DNA of 32,000 nt. It comes from a cyanobacterium endosymbiont of Epithemia turgida isolate EtSB Lake Yunoko (lineage in GTDB: Bacteria; Cyanobacteriota; Cyanobacteriia; Cyanobacteriales; Microcystaceae). Below the pieces are notes generated by a model. It did no database searches, was not told where the DNA came from, and worked only from the letters and a program-made list of their open reading frames with translations. A program made the translations under genes and the position numbers. The DNA is taken from the NCBI RefSeq assembly GCF_000829235.1, contig NZ_AP012549.1, forward strand, positions 300,001 to 332,000. Reading direction: 5' to 3'. This document shows, in pieces, positions 18,401 to 29,487 of the stretch (its first letter is position 1; every line of letters begins with the position of its first letter).

Positions 18401-18609
18401 TTCGCATTGGACAAAAACGAAATGTTCAAATTTATAAATTTATTTGTATAGGAACATTAGAAGAAAAAATTAATGATTTACTAGAAAGTAAAAAACAATT
18501 AGCAGAACAAACTGTTGACACAGGAGAAAATTGGCTAACTAAGTTAGACACTGATCAACTCAAAACTTTATTATTGCTTGATCGCAAAGCAATTATTGAT
18601 GAAGAGTAG
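15445..18609 (+). CDS. SNF2/RapA-family DNA-dependent ATPase (helicase-like) with a long N-terminal accessory region
   Basis: 1054 aa. SNF2_N motifs: [21 protein letters not shown] (motif I), [11 protein letters not shown] (DEAQ box, motif II), [11 protein letters not shown] (III). Helicase_C motifs: [41 protein letters not shown] (VI). The N-terminal ~570 aa resembles the SNF2-helicase-associated region of bacterial homologues. It contains no SWIM CxC...CxH motif. Confidence 0.93.
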   Translation: [1054 protein letters not shown]

Positions 18610-19349
18610 ATAGTAAATAATTTTAATTATATTACCTATTAAAAACTGACTTAATTAAAGCTTAAATTTTATTTAAAAACCTAGTTATATTAAAGCTAAA
18701 AGTATTTCTTAATAATGGTTACTTTTTATAAATATAAAATACAGTCAAAATAAAAATTGAAAAAGTTATCCCAAGTACAATTAATATACTATTCAAAAAA
18801 ATAGACAATAATAATTAATTTGCTTTTATAATTTATTCTTCTATTTTAGGGGTTTTAAACCACTCATTCAAGCTGTACTATCTTCTATAGTAATTGTTTT
18901 AACATTTTGTTTGAATTCAATTCAATTAAATCAAGTATTTAGATTTATTGATAAGTATTTAATTGAGAATCAAACTTTATCTTTATACTTTTAATCTTTA
19001 CATTACTACTTTGATTGTTTAGAAGTAGATTATTTGAGTTGTTTAAGATGATTTCTGAAAATAAGTGAACTATAATTATGTTCATAAATTGAAGTGTTTT
19101 TAGTGTCTTATTTTCGGGAAATATATTATAAGTTTAACTTAAAATATTTCCCTCTAAAATAGATTTTTTGTTATTTTAAAAAAGTTTAACTATATAGTTA
19201 TTATTTAATATAAGCTTAGCAAGACTATTAAACAACTACTTTTAATCTTAAATTTTATAAATAAAAATTTATTCATTTTTAGGAGTGTTTTTAACAGACC
19301 AAAGTCACTAGGCTAAAGTATAATTAGCTGTCTAGTAAGGTTCTTGTAT

Positions 19350-19427
19350 TTCAACTATATACTAGTTAACATGATAAAGATAAATAATCAAGAATATGAG
19401 TGTAGTTAAAACTAGTATATAGTTGAA
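19350..19427. repeat. 18-bp perfect inverted repeat separated by 42 nt
   Basis: ttcaactatatactagtt (19350-19367) is the exact reverse complement of aactagtatatagttgaa (19410-19427). It lies in the ORF-free stretch between the SNF2 gene and the DUF389 gene. Confidence 0.75.
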
Positions 19428-19730
19428 TATTTACTTGGAAATAGCAGATTTTGTAAATTCTAATTCACTCTAAAACTTCTCCTCTTCGACGAGCAGGATA
19501 ACTATTGAGCCCGTATTGGTACTTAACAATACAAGCTAGATAACTAAGTACTATATAAGCGATACAAGTGACTTGATGTGAAATTTTGGTTTATTTCTGG
19601 ATAATGACTAAGTTTTAGACAAAAAAATTTCTTATTTTTTGACAAGGTCAATTTTTTGCCAATTTAAAGCTATGCTACATAATTAACTTATTCCTCACCA
19701 ACTTTAATTAGGAAGAGTTCGAGCTAACCT

Positions 19731-20813
19731 ATGAAAACTTGGATTAAAGATAAAATTCCTCGAGTTTCACCAGAGGCTCTAGATAAATTGCGCCAGGAAC
19801 TTTTAGAAGAAGCCAAACTCGAGACTAATTTTCTAGTTTTGACCTTCAGTTCTTGTATTATTGCCAGTTTGGGACTATTAATGAATAGTGCTGCCGTAAT
19901 TATAGGAGCGATGTTGATTGCACCACTAATGTTACCATTAAGAGCATTGGCACTAGGTGCACTGGATACAAACGGGAAACTTTTAGAAACTAGCTTATTA
20001 ACCCTAAGTGTAGGCACTCTAATATCCATCCTCATATCAGGATTGGTGGGGGGGTTGTTTGGGGTTCCTGCAACTTCTTTTGGGGGAGAGATTTTAGCAC
20101 GGACTCAACCCAACCTAGCAGATTTAGGAGTAGCAGTGATGGCAGGAGGGATTAGTGGTTTTGCCAAAATTCAACGTAAAATCAGCGATGCACTGGCGGG
20201 AACTGCTATTTCAGTGGCTTTAATGCCTCCATTATGTGTGGTGGGTATTGCCCTGTCTCAACAAGATTGGCAACTCAGTAGTGGATCCTTTCTCCTTTAT
20301 TTAACCAATTTATTAGGAATTACCCTTTCTTCTCTATTTATTTTTACTTTGGGGGGATATTACCTCAATTATAGCCGTACAGGGAAAGCGTTAGGAGGAT
20401 TTTTCGTTATGACAGGACTTCTAATTTTTCCTTTGTTTATAAGTTTTTGGAATCTTATTCAAGAAGAACGATTTGAAGCTGATATAAAAAAAATTCTTCA
20501 GAATCAAACAATTACTGTCGGTCAACAAACGGAACTAGTTAAATTTGAGGTCCAATGGCCTCGAGTCCCTTGGAGTAAGAAAAGGCCTACTGTATTTTTG
20601 ACTGTTCAAGAAAATGCAGACAATCCTGTCACCCCAAATCAAGTGCACTTAGTGGAAACTTTACTTGAACGCTCCTTGGGAAAAAAAATTAAGCTAGTTT
20701 TTCTAGCTAGTGAATTAAGAGAAGTTCGTGCTGAGCAAGAAGAGGAACTCTCTCCCTATTTTCTTTTTGATTCCCTTCCTCCTCCATTAATGCCTCGAAA
20801 TGAACGTAATTAA
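19731..20813 (+). CDS. DUF389 domain-containing integral membrane protein
   Basis: 360 aa. The block FLVLTFSSCIIASLGLLMNSAAVIIGAMLIAPLMLPLRALALG is the characteristic DUF389 core. Multiple TM helices are followed by a soluble C-terminal tail. Confidence 0.85.
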   Translation: MKTWIKDKIPRVSPEALDKLRQELLEEAKLETNFLVLTFSSCIIASLGLLMNSAAVIIGAMLIAPLMLPLRALALGALDTNGKLLETSLLTLSVGTLISILISGLVGGLFGVPATSFGGEILARTQPNLADLGVAVMAGGISGFAKIQRKISDALAGTAISVALMPPLCVVGIALSQQDWQLSSGSFLLYLTNLLGITLSSLFIFTLGGYYLNYSRTGKALGGFFVMTGLLIFPLFISFWNLIQEERFEADIKKILQNQTITVGQQTELVKFEVQWPRVPWSKKRPTVFLTVQENADNPVTPNQVHLVETLLERSLGKKIKLVFLASELREVRAEQEEELSPYFLFDSLPPPLMPRNERN

Positions 20814-21034
20814 TCATCCTCTTCTTTTACTCCTTTGTTTCGATCTGACAAGAATCTCGAAATATCCCTATTTCCCTCGGATTAGTTTGCTAATCAAGAT
20901 GTAATGTTTCACAGACCCTTAATCTATTAGTTGAAGTAAGTACAGTAGATGAAGCAGAATTTAAGTCTTAACTATTCTGATAGTAATTTTTTATGTTAGA
21001 AAAGCTCTGAGAAAGTGTTAACTTAAGTTATTAG

Positions 21035-22354
<1,320 letters not shown>

Positions 22355-22366
22355 TCGACTGAAGAT

Positions 22367-22385
22367 GGGTGGGAATAACCCACCC
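22367..22385 (+). terminator. GC-rich stem-loop just after ahcY (weak terminator candidate)
   Basis: gggtggg aataa cccaccc forms a 7-bp G/C stem 13 nt after the ahcY stop. No clear U-tract follows, so this is a stabilising hairpin or a weak terminator. Confidence 0.3.
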
Positions 22386-22444
22386 GTAGTGATTTACGGT
22401 AAATAATCAATAGTTACTTTTTCAAAAAATCAATTTAGCATAGC

Positions 22445-23053
22445 ATGGCAAAACTTTCAGTTGAATTAGAACGCTATTTTTTTGAAGAAGAAAGAGCTTC
22501 AGATGTTAAACTTACCGATATTTTGTCTTTGGCTGGAGAGCGAATATTTGGATTTTTATTTATTATTCTAGCTTTACCTTCTGCTTTACCAGTTCCTGCC
22601 CCAGGTTACTCCGTTCCTTTTGGAATTTTAATGTTTATCTTGGCTATTCAACTGATTGCAGGGTATAAAGCTCTTTGGTTTCCTGAAAAAATAATGAAAG
22701 GGTCAATTAAACTAGAAACAGTGCAGAAGTTCCTAGAAAAAGGAATTCCTTGGTTAAAAAAAATCGAGGCATTGACTCACCCTCGCATGACCTATGTTTG
22801 TACGAGTTTACCAGGAAGAGTGGTGATCGGTGTTGCGATTGCTTTAATGTCTATTTTCATGATAATTCCTATTCCTGGAACTAACACTTTACCTGCAATG
22901 GGAATTTTTGTAACTGCTTTTGGGTTACAAGAAAATGATGGATTTATTAGTTTAGTAGGACTAATAATTTGTCTAATTGCTGGGACTATGTCAACCTTAA
23001 TTATTTTTTTAGGGAAAGAGGTTATTGAATTAATTTTTAACCTTATAAAATAG
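22445..23053 (+). CDS. ExoD-family (exopolysaccharide synthesis) membrane protein
   Basis: 202 aa. LTDILSLAGERIFGFLFIILALPSALPVPAPGYSVPFGILMFILAIQLI is the typical ExoD family N-terminal core. There are 4 predicted TM segments. Confidence 0.85.
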   Translation: MAKLSVELERYFFEEERASDVKLTDILSLAGERIFGFLFIILALPSALPVPAPGYSVPFGILMFILAIQLIAGYKALWFPEKIMKGSIKLETVQKFLEKGIPWLKKIEALTHPRMTYVCTSLPGRVVIGVAIALMSIFMIIPIPGTNTLPAMGIFVTAFGLQENDGFISLVGLIICLIAGTMSTLIIFLGKEVIELIFNLIK

Positions 23054-23107
23054 TTAATAGGTAGTTAAATATTTATATAATTACCTATTAACTTAGATAC
23101 ATAAATA

Positions 23108-24472
23108 ATGACTCATTCTTCAATTTACTCCGCTAAAATTAGCTTTGTTATCCCCAATTCTATCGCCAAGGAAGTTGGTTTTGAAGTAGGAGATTCTTTG
23201 ATTTCTGTTAATGGGTTTCCACTGCGGGATTTAATAGATTATCAGTTTTTATGTGCTGATGAATATTTAGAATTAGAAGTAGTTGATAACAAGGGACAAA
23301 CTCATTATATAGAAATTCAAAAAAACTATGATGATGATTTAGGATTAGAGTTTGAAAAGGCCTTATTTGATGAGCTAATTCAATGTAAAAATCATTGTCC
23401 TTTTTGTTTTATTGATCAACAACCTCCAGGAAAACGAGATAGTCTTTATTTTAAAGATGATGATTATCGTTTAAGCTTTCTTTATGGCAGTTATTTGACC
23501 TTGACTAATTTATCTCAGAAGGAATGGGAACGTATTGAAAAAATGCGTCTTTCTCCTCTGTATGTTTCAGTTCACTCAACAGAAGCTGATGTACGAGTTA
23601 GCTTATTGAAAAATTACCGCGCTGGACAAATTATAGAACAGTTTAAATGGTTTCAAGAACGACAGTTGCAAATTCATGCTCAAGTGGTTGTTTGCCCAGA
23701 AATTAATGATAGTTTTCATTTAGAAAAAACCTTGACTGATTTAGCCTTATTTCATCAAGGAGATATTCCAACTATTATTTCTACTGCGGTGGTTCCAGTA
23801 GGATTAACTCGCTTTCGTCCCCTAAACGATAAATTAATTCCAGTCACTAAAACTAAAGCAAAAGAAATTATTAAACAAGTTCTATCTTTACAAAAAGAAT
23901 TTCACCATAGATTTAACAATAATTTTGTTTGGTTAGCTGATGAATGGTTCTTAATTGGACAAGAAGAATTACCCCCAGAATCTCACTATAAAGATTGTCC
24001 ACAAAGTGACAATGGAATCGGTTCAATTCGTAAATTTATCCGGGAATTTGAAACAACAGCAAAACAATTATTGCCAGCTAAAGTTGACAAGTCAGTTACT
24101 CTGACTTGGGTCGTTGGAAATGCAGTAGAAAAAGCTTTTCAACCCCTAGTTAAAAAATTAAATAAAGTAGATGGATTAACAATTAATTTAGAAGCATTGC
24201 GGAGTCATTACTGGGGACAAGAAACAACAGTAACAGGATTATTGACAGGAAAAGATTTATTGACTCAATTACAAGGAAAAGATTTAGGTGATGGTATTTT
24301 GTTACCCTCAATTATGCTTAAACACAATGATATTTATTTCCTGGACGATATGACGGTTGAAGAATTAGCTAAACAATTAAATATTAAAATTTTTCCTGTG
24401 ACTGGAATTGAGGAACTTATTCGAACTTGTTTACATAGTTCCACTTTACCTACTACTATATTAGACCGATAG
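23108..24472 (+). CDS. PDZ plus DUF512 putative FeS/radical-SAM-like oxidoreductase (cyanobacterial TIGR03279-type)
   Basis: 454 aa. The N-terminal PDZ-like segment (GFEVGDSLISVNGFPLRDLIDYQF) is followed by CKNHCPFCFIDQ...DDDYRLSFLYGSYLTLTNL and a C-terminal DUF512-like region (TVTGLLTGKDL). This is the architecture I recall for the cyanobacterial FeS-containing hypothetical family. Confidence 0.85.
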   Translation: MTHSSIYSAKISFVIPNSIAKEVGFEVGDSLISVNGFPLRDLIDYQFLCADEYLELEVVDNKGQTHYIEIQKNYDDDLGLEFEKALFDELIQCKNHCPFCFIDQQPPGKRDSLYFKDDDYRLSFLYGSYLTLTNLSQKEWERIEKMRLSPLYVSVHSTEADVRVSLLKNYRAGQIIEQFKWFQERQLQIHAQVVVCPEINDSFHLEKTLTDLALFHQGDIPTIISTAVVPVGLTRFRPLNDKLIPVTKTKAKEIIKQVLSLQKEFHHRFNNNFVWLADEWFLIGQEELPPESHYKDCPQSDNGIGSIRKFIREFETTAKQLLPAKVDKSVTLTWVVGNAVEKAFQPLVKKLNKVDGLTINLEALRSHYWGQETTVTGLLTGKDLLTQLQGKDLGDGILLPSIMLKHNDIYFLDDMTVEELAKQLNIKIFPVTGIEELIRTCLHSSTLPTTILDR

Positions 24473-24596
24473 ATAACTGAATTATTTTTATATAAAAATA
24501 AAGTATACCTTTGTAGATTTAATTAATAAGTCACTACGCCCTTTCTGCAAATTCTCTCTTTAGAGTTTAAATCTATTTTTTAGACTAAACTAGTAT

Positions 24597-24634
24597 AAAA
24601 AAATAGCAAAATGGACAGGCTAGTGCCCTGTCCA
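24597..24634 (-). terminator. Rho-independent terminator of the petCA operon
   Basis: On the minus strand, ATGGACAGG gcactag CCTGTCCAT forms a 9-bp stem (24610-24618 pairs with 24626-24634). It is followed by TTTTGCTATTTTTT (complement of 24597-24609). It lies 40 nt downstream of the petA stop (24674). Confidence 0.75.
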
Positions 24635-24673
24635 TCTAGAATTATAAGATTTTTGAAAAAGTTACCAAAAAGT

Positions 24674-25660
24674 TTATAATTTCATTTCGGCTGCTTGAAC
24701 TCTTTCGACTTGTTTCTTCTTAAGAACTAACAGGATTTGAGCTAACATAATCGCTGCTAAGAAGATCAATAACCACTTAACTCGTGTAGGACTTTGTAAA
24801 ACAATTTCTGTGTCTTTTTGGCCAAAACCACCAATATTAGGATTAGTTGTGAGGGCTTCTCCCGCTGCCACTTGTTGTCCTTCATAAACAATCAATTGAG
24901 GACCTGCAGGAATTATATCTACTACGTCACCATTGGTCGTCTCCAAGGTAACAGTGTAACCGCCAGTCTCATTTTTACTGATGGCAGAAACCTTTCCAGC
25001 TTGGGATGCTTTAAAAATGTTATTATTGCTAGATTGTCCGTTGGGATATATTTGACCCCTACCGCGGTTAGCCCCTAAGTGAACAGGATATTTGCCAAAG
25101 TTCACACTTTTGTCCTTGGAAGGATCAGGAGATAAAACAGGGAAAATAATCTCTTGATATTGATCTCCAGGTAAAGGTCCAACAAGAACTACGTTTTCTT
25201 GATCTTCACGGTAGGATTGAAAGTAAAGTCCTTCGATCTTTTCTTGCATTTCTTCGGGAATGCGATCAGATGGAGCAATCTTAAAGCCTTCGGGTAGCAT
25301 GAGGACAGCCCCTACATTTAGACCCCCTTTGGATCCATCTCCTAACACCTGTTGAGAATTAAGATCGTAGGTAATTTTTACCACTGCCTCAAAAACTGTA
25401 TCGGGTAGAACCGACTGAGGAATTTCTACTTCAGCCGCCTTTTCTGCTAAATGACAGTTAGCACACACAATACGTCCAGTCGCTTCTCTAGGGCTTTCTG
25501 GAGCTGTTTCTTGCGCCCAGAAAGGATAGGCAGCAGCCCCTTGGGGGAAAGCAACATCGTTAAAAATATAGAGGGCAAAAGTAGTACAAGCAATCAAAAT
25601 GATTTGCTTTGTAACCTGCTTACTTGCTTGCCAAATTGCCGAGAAATTGGGTGTTCTCAT
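24674..25660 (-). CDS. petA: Cytochrome f (apocytochrome f precursor)
   Basis: 328 aa. After the signal sequence the mature N-terminus is YPFWAQETAPESPREATGRIVCANCHLA, containing the CxxCH heme motif. The C-terminal TM anchor is WLLIFLAAIMLAQILLVLKKKQ. Confidence 0.97.
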   Translation of the reverse strand: MRTPNFSAIWQASKQVTKQIILIACTTFALYIFNDVAFPQGAAAYPFWAQETAPESPREATGRIVCANCHLAEKAAEVEIPQSVLPDTVFEAVVKITYDLNSQQVLGDGSKGGLNVGAVLMLPEGFKIAPSDRIPEEMQEKIEGLYFQSYREDQENVVLVGPLPGDQYQEIIFPVLSPDPSKDKSVNFGKYPVHLGANRGRGQIYPNGQSSNNNIFKASQAGKVSAISKNETGGYTVTLETTNGDVVDIIPAGPQLIVYEGQQVAAGEALTTNPNIGGFGQKDTEIVLQSPTRVKWLLIFLAAIMLAQILLVLKKKQVERVQAAEMKL

Positions 25661-25727
25661 TGCTAAGTCAAACCACTCAAGTCTTAAATGTTAACATTAC
25701 TAAGGATCGAGACAATTGACCGAATCA

Positions 25728-26273
25728 TCACCACCAGGGGTTTTCATCAGTTCGAAAATCCGTTTCTGTCCAAGTGCTAAAAACTACTTTGTTGCTGTCG
25801 TCAAGATTGACATGAGCCAACATTAATGATACGGGAGCAGGTCCACGCGTGACTTTTCCCTGGGCATCGTATTGGGAGCCATGACATGGACAGATAAATT
25901 TTTCTTCGCTAGTATTCCAAGGAACAACACAACCTAAATGTGTACAAACGGCGTTAATTCCATAATCAGCCAGAGTTTTATCTTCCTCAACTATGATATA
26001 AGTAGGATCGCCTTTCAACCCTTCAGTTAAAACGCGATCACCTGGATTGTGAGCCGCTAAAAACTCGCTGGCAATGACGTCATTACCAAGAGCATCTTTA
26101 GCTGTTACACCACCACTAGTCCCACCATTAGAAGAGGGAATAAAATATTTAGCCACCGGATATAATGCCCCAGCTGCTATGCCAGTAATTGTTCCGAAGG
26201 TCAATAGATTCATGAATTGGCGACGTCCCATATCGGGGACATCGGACAAACCAGATACTTGAGTCATAACCAA
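25728..26273 (-). CDS. petC: Cytochrome b6-f complex Rieske iron-sulfur subunit
   Basis: 181 aa. The Tat-like/TM N-terminus is [21 protein letters not shown]. The Rieske boxes CTHLGCVV and CPCHGSQY are present. The true start may be the third codon (ATG at 26267, giving MTQVSG...), which matches typical PetC N-termini. petC lies 67 nt upstream of petA on the same strand, the conserved petCA operon arrangement. Confidence 0.95.
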   Translation of the reverse strand: MVMTQVSGLSDVPDMGRRQFMNLLTFGTITGIAAGALYPVAKYFIPSSNGGTSGGVTAKDALGNDVIASEFLAAHNPGDRVLTEGLKGDPTYIIVEEDKTLADYGINAVCTHLGCVVPWNTSEEKFICPCHGSQYDAQGKVTRGPAPVSLMLAHVNLDDSNKVVFSTWTETDFRTDENPWW

Positions 26274-26530
26274 TTATTACTTGTCTATGTTTGCTGATAC
26301 TTATGATTTACTAAGAATCAGGAGTTATTCATCTGTGCTGCTTAGAAAGGATATAATAGCAACCTTGAGCTAAATTGAATACTCTCTCACAGAGAACTCA
26401 ATTTGCATCATCAAGTCATGCGGTTGTATCCTTGCTTTGAAAACAGATTATTAATTCCATTGTCAAGTATGGCAGAAATCTGCCCAGAAAACTTAGTAAG
26501 TTTGGCAGTCAAATAATTAAGACCAATACA

Positions 26531-27934
26531 ATGAATTCTCTTGATTTAGCTTTTACTCCTGCTTTAGAATTGGCCAAATTAATTCGCAACCGTCAAATTT
26601 CTCCTCTAGAATTAACCCAAGTTTACCTTGATCGGATTCAACAATATGATCCCAAATTAGGTAGTTTTTTTGCTATAGCAGGAGAAATGGCTATGGCCGA
26701 CGCTAAAATAAAAACGGAACAATTAGCCCAGACTTCAGAAATTAATGCTCTTCCCCCTTTTTTTGGAGTCCCTACGGCGATTAAAGATCTTAACGCTGTT
26801 GCACAAATGCCTTTAAGCTATGGAATTTCTGCCTTTAAAGATAACGTTGTAAATTATGATGATGAAGTAGTAACACGAATCAAAGAAGCAGGATTTATTA
26901 TCTTAGGTAAAACAGCGACTTCTCAATTGGGTTCTTTTCCTTATACAGAAGCTCCAGGGTTTCCTCCAACTCGTAACCCTTGGCATCGAGATTATGTGGC
27001 GGGGGGGTCAAGTGGTGGAGCTGCTGCTGCTGTAGCGGCAGGATTATGTCCCATTGCACAAGGATCGGATGGAGGGGGATCAATTCGTATCCCAGCTGCT
27101 TGTTGTGGGTTAGTAGGGATTAAACCTTCTAGGGGTCGGATATCTAATGCTCCCGTAGGGGACTTTCAAAGTGGAATTTCAACCCACGGACCATTAGGGA
27201 GGACGGTGGCTGATGCAGCAGCGTTACTGGACGTGATGTCCGGCTATGTGACAGGAGATCCTTATTGGTTAGTATCTCCTGAGATTTCTTTTTTAGCGGC
27301 TACTCGTCAATCTCCAATTCCTCTTAAAATTGCCTTTTCGACTAAAATATCCCCGTTTCCTGAACCTGAATGGGTCATCAAAGAAGCAGTTCATAGGACA
27401 GTCAAAATATTAGCAGAAATGGGGCACGAGCTGGAACCTAGCTGTCCTAATTTTCAGGAATTAATCAATCCTTTTAAGCAAATTTGGCAAGCAGGAATTT
27501 TAGCTTCTGGAGTTCCGTTAAAAGTATTGAGTCCCATTAATCAGTGGTTAGGAGAACAGGCAGAAATGACAGGGAAATATTTACAGGCGGTTCATCAAAT
27601 GCAAATTGTTTCACGGCAAATTGTTGCTTTTTTTGATCGTTTTGATTTGTTGGTTTTACCTGTTTATCTACAACAACCGATTAAGGTAGGAGAATGGGCT
27701 AACTTATCTCCAGAAGAAGTCGTAGAAAATATTATTAAATGGATTGCTCCCTGTCCTCCTTGTAATGCGAGTGGTTTACCGGGAATTACTTTATCGATGG
27801 GACAAGATGAAAAAGGTCTACCAGTGGGTATCCAATTAATTGGAAAACCTGCCGATGAATTAACATTAATTCGGGTAGCATCACAATTAGAACAAGTAAC
27901 TGATAGCCTTTCATTTAAGATGATTGAATTATAA
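26531..27934 (+). CDS. Amidase-signature family amidase
   Basis: 467 aa. The AS signature is [48 protein letters not shown], with the catalytic Lys context (PTAIKDL). Length and termini fit a stand-alone amidase rather than GatA. Confidence 0.9.
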   Translation: MNSLDLAFTPALELAKLIRNRQISPLELTQVYLDRIQQYDPKLGSFFAIAGEMAMADAKIKTEQLAQTSEINALPPFFGVPTAIKDLNAVAQMPLSYGISAFKDNVVNYDDEVVTRIKEAGFIILGKTATSQLGSFPYTEAPGFPPTRNPWHRDYVAGGSSGGAAAAVAAGLCPIAQGSDGGGSIRIPAACCGLVGIKPSRGRISNAPVGDFQSGISTHGPLGRTVADAAALLDVMSGYVTGDPYWLVSPEISFLAATRQSPIPLKIAFSTKISPFPEPEWVIKEAVHRTVKILAEMGHELEPSCPNFQELINPFKQIWQAGILASGVPLKVLSPINQWLGEQAEMTGKYLQAVHQMQIVSRQIVAFFDRFDLLVLPVYLQQPIKVGEWANLSPEEVVENIIKWIAPCPPCNASGLPGITLSMGQDEKGLPVGIQLIGKPADELTLIRVASQLEQVTDSLSFKMIEL

Positions 27935-28011
27935 TTTAACTATCCATCCAATTTGCTTACCAATTGTAATTTAGTTCATAAAGAAAAACTTTATTTGTAT
28001 ACAAATAAGGA

Positions 28012-28713
28012 CTAAGCCGTTAAAGAATTATTATAACTTCTCATAACGCGCCCACAACTCCAAAAATTATTGTAATATACCTGACTAATTACATCGCCTT
28101 GTCCTGAAAAAGGATCTATTGCAATACTATTTCTACCCGTTTCGTGACCAGAGCTATGAATATAGTACCCCTTGCCTAAATAAAGAGCAACATGGTTGAC
28201 TTGTCTTTGCCCAAAAAAAATTAAATCTCCAGCTAAGAGATCTTCTTTTTCAATTTTTTGGGTAAAAGCTTCTTGTTGATAAGAGTCTCTCGGCAGCCAG
28301 ATTCCTGATATCGCGAAAGCTCTTTGTATTAAACCTGAACAATCATAATTTGGTCCAATAGTTCCCCCCCATAAATAATAATTAGGCTGTTCCATAGCTG
28401 CCTTTGTAAAAGCGATAACTTCTCCCAAACGGGGTAAAATGTCGTTGCGGTTAAAAATGAGAGGATTATAAGGCTCACTCACTGGTTTTAATGTTGATAA
28501 TTGAGCAATGGGTAGCCATGCTAAATAGTTGTCTTCCTTTAAACAAACTTGAACGGCTTTCTCCGTGGCAGTATTTAATAAAACAGTAAAATTTCTTCCA
28601 GTAGCTGCTTGAGTAGCTAATTTTTCGCATTGAGAAGAGTCAAATAAATCTAAAGGAGTATGATTACAATATTCACCGCAGACGGAAGGAGGTAGAGAGT
28701 TGAGGGAAGTCAT
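28012..28713 (-). CDS. NlpC/P60 (C40) cell-wall peptidase with an N-terminal SH3-like region
   Basis: 233 aa. The catalytic Cys context is YLWGGTIGPNYDCSGLIQRAF. The His context is GDLIFFG...NHVALYLGKGYYIHSSG. Confidence 0.9.
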   Translation of the reverse strand: MTSLNSLPPSVCGEYCNHTPLDLFDSSQCEKLATQAATGRNFTVLLNTATEKAVQVCLKEDNYLAWLPIAQLSTLKPVSEPYNPLIFNRNDILPRLGEVIAFTKAAMEQPNYYLWGGTIGPNYDCSGLIQRAFAISGIWLPRDSYQQEAFTQKIEKEDLLAGDLIFFGQRQVNHVALYLGKGYYIHSSGHETGRNSIAIDPFSGQGDVISQVYYNNFWSCGRVMRSYNNSLTA

Positions 28714-29019
28714 AATTTAAGATAAACAACAAAAGGAAATTTATTTAATAAATAGTTATACACCATTAAAGTTAAAGATAAGGCAAAGCAATAGGCAATG
28801 ATTAAAGTTTTAGGTTTTTAAAAAATAGTTTTTAACACAAGGCTGTGTATTTATCCACAGACTACTTATGTCAGGATATGAAAACAATAAGTAGCTGATT
28901 TTTTTATAAAATTCGCTACGATTTATTGTGTATCAAAAAAGAGTTAAGTACATTCTAAGCATATCTATGACTTTTGACTTCCAATTAATCTCCAAATACC
29001 TTTTAGGAATTATTTAAAG

Positions 29020-29487
29020 ATGGATTGTCGCCACATTAAGTTCTCTATTGACAGAGCTGAGGTTGATCTTATACAACTTCAAGCATTGTTCAACGAGGTA
29101 GCCTTTTGGGCAAAAGAAAGAACTCTTGAAGATTTAGGGATTGCACTTGCAAACAGCAATCCAATCGTTACTATTTGGGATACAACAAGAATGATTGGCT
29201 TTTGTCGAGGTATATCTGATGGAATTTATCGGGGAACTATTTGGGATGTGCTTGTTTGCCCAGAATACCAAGGATTAGGTCTAGGACGCAAGTTAGTAGA
29301 GACGACTTTAAGCCATCCGTTGATGTGTCGGGTTGAACGAGTCTATTTAATGACGACTTACCAACGAAAGTTTTATGAACGCATTGGCTTTCAAGAGAAT
29401 AAGTCGACCACCATGGTATTACAGAACACCTGTGAAATAAATTCTCTGCCTTTGGGTGAAGAATCTTTTGAGTATATACTAAAGTAA
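29020..29487 (+). CDS. GNAT-family N-acetyltransferase
   Basis: 155 aa. The acetyl-CoA binding motif A is VCPEYQGLGLGRKLVE, followed by FYERIGF (motif B). Confidence 0.85.
   Translation: MDCRHIKFSIDRAEVDLIQLQALFNEVAFWAKERTLEDLGIALANSNPIVTIWDTTRMIGFCRGISDGIYRGTIWDVLVCPEYQGLGLGRKLVETTLSHPLMCRVERVYLMTTYQRKFYERIGFQENKSTTMVLQNTCEINSLPLGEESFEYILK

Noticed and set aside
27991-28008. 18-nt perfect palindrome ttatttgta|tacaaataa between the convergent amidase and NlpC/P60 genes as a terminator.
   Set aside because: It has no loop and is almost pure A/T, so the effective stem is only about 7 bp, with no flanking U-tract. It is too weak to call a feature.
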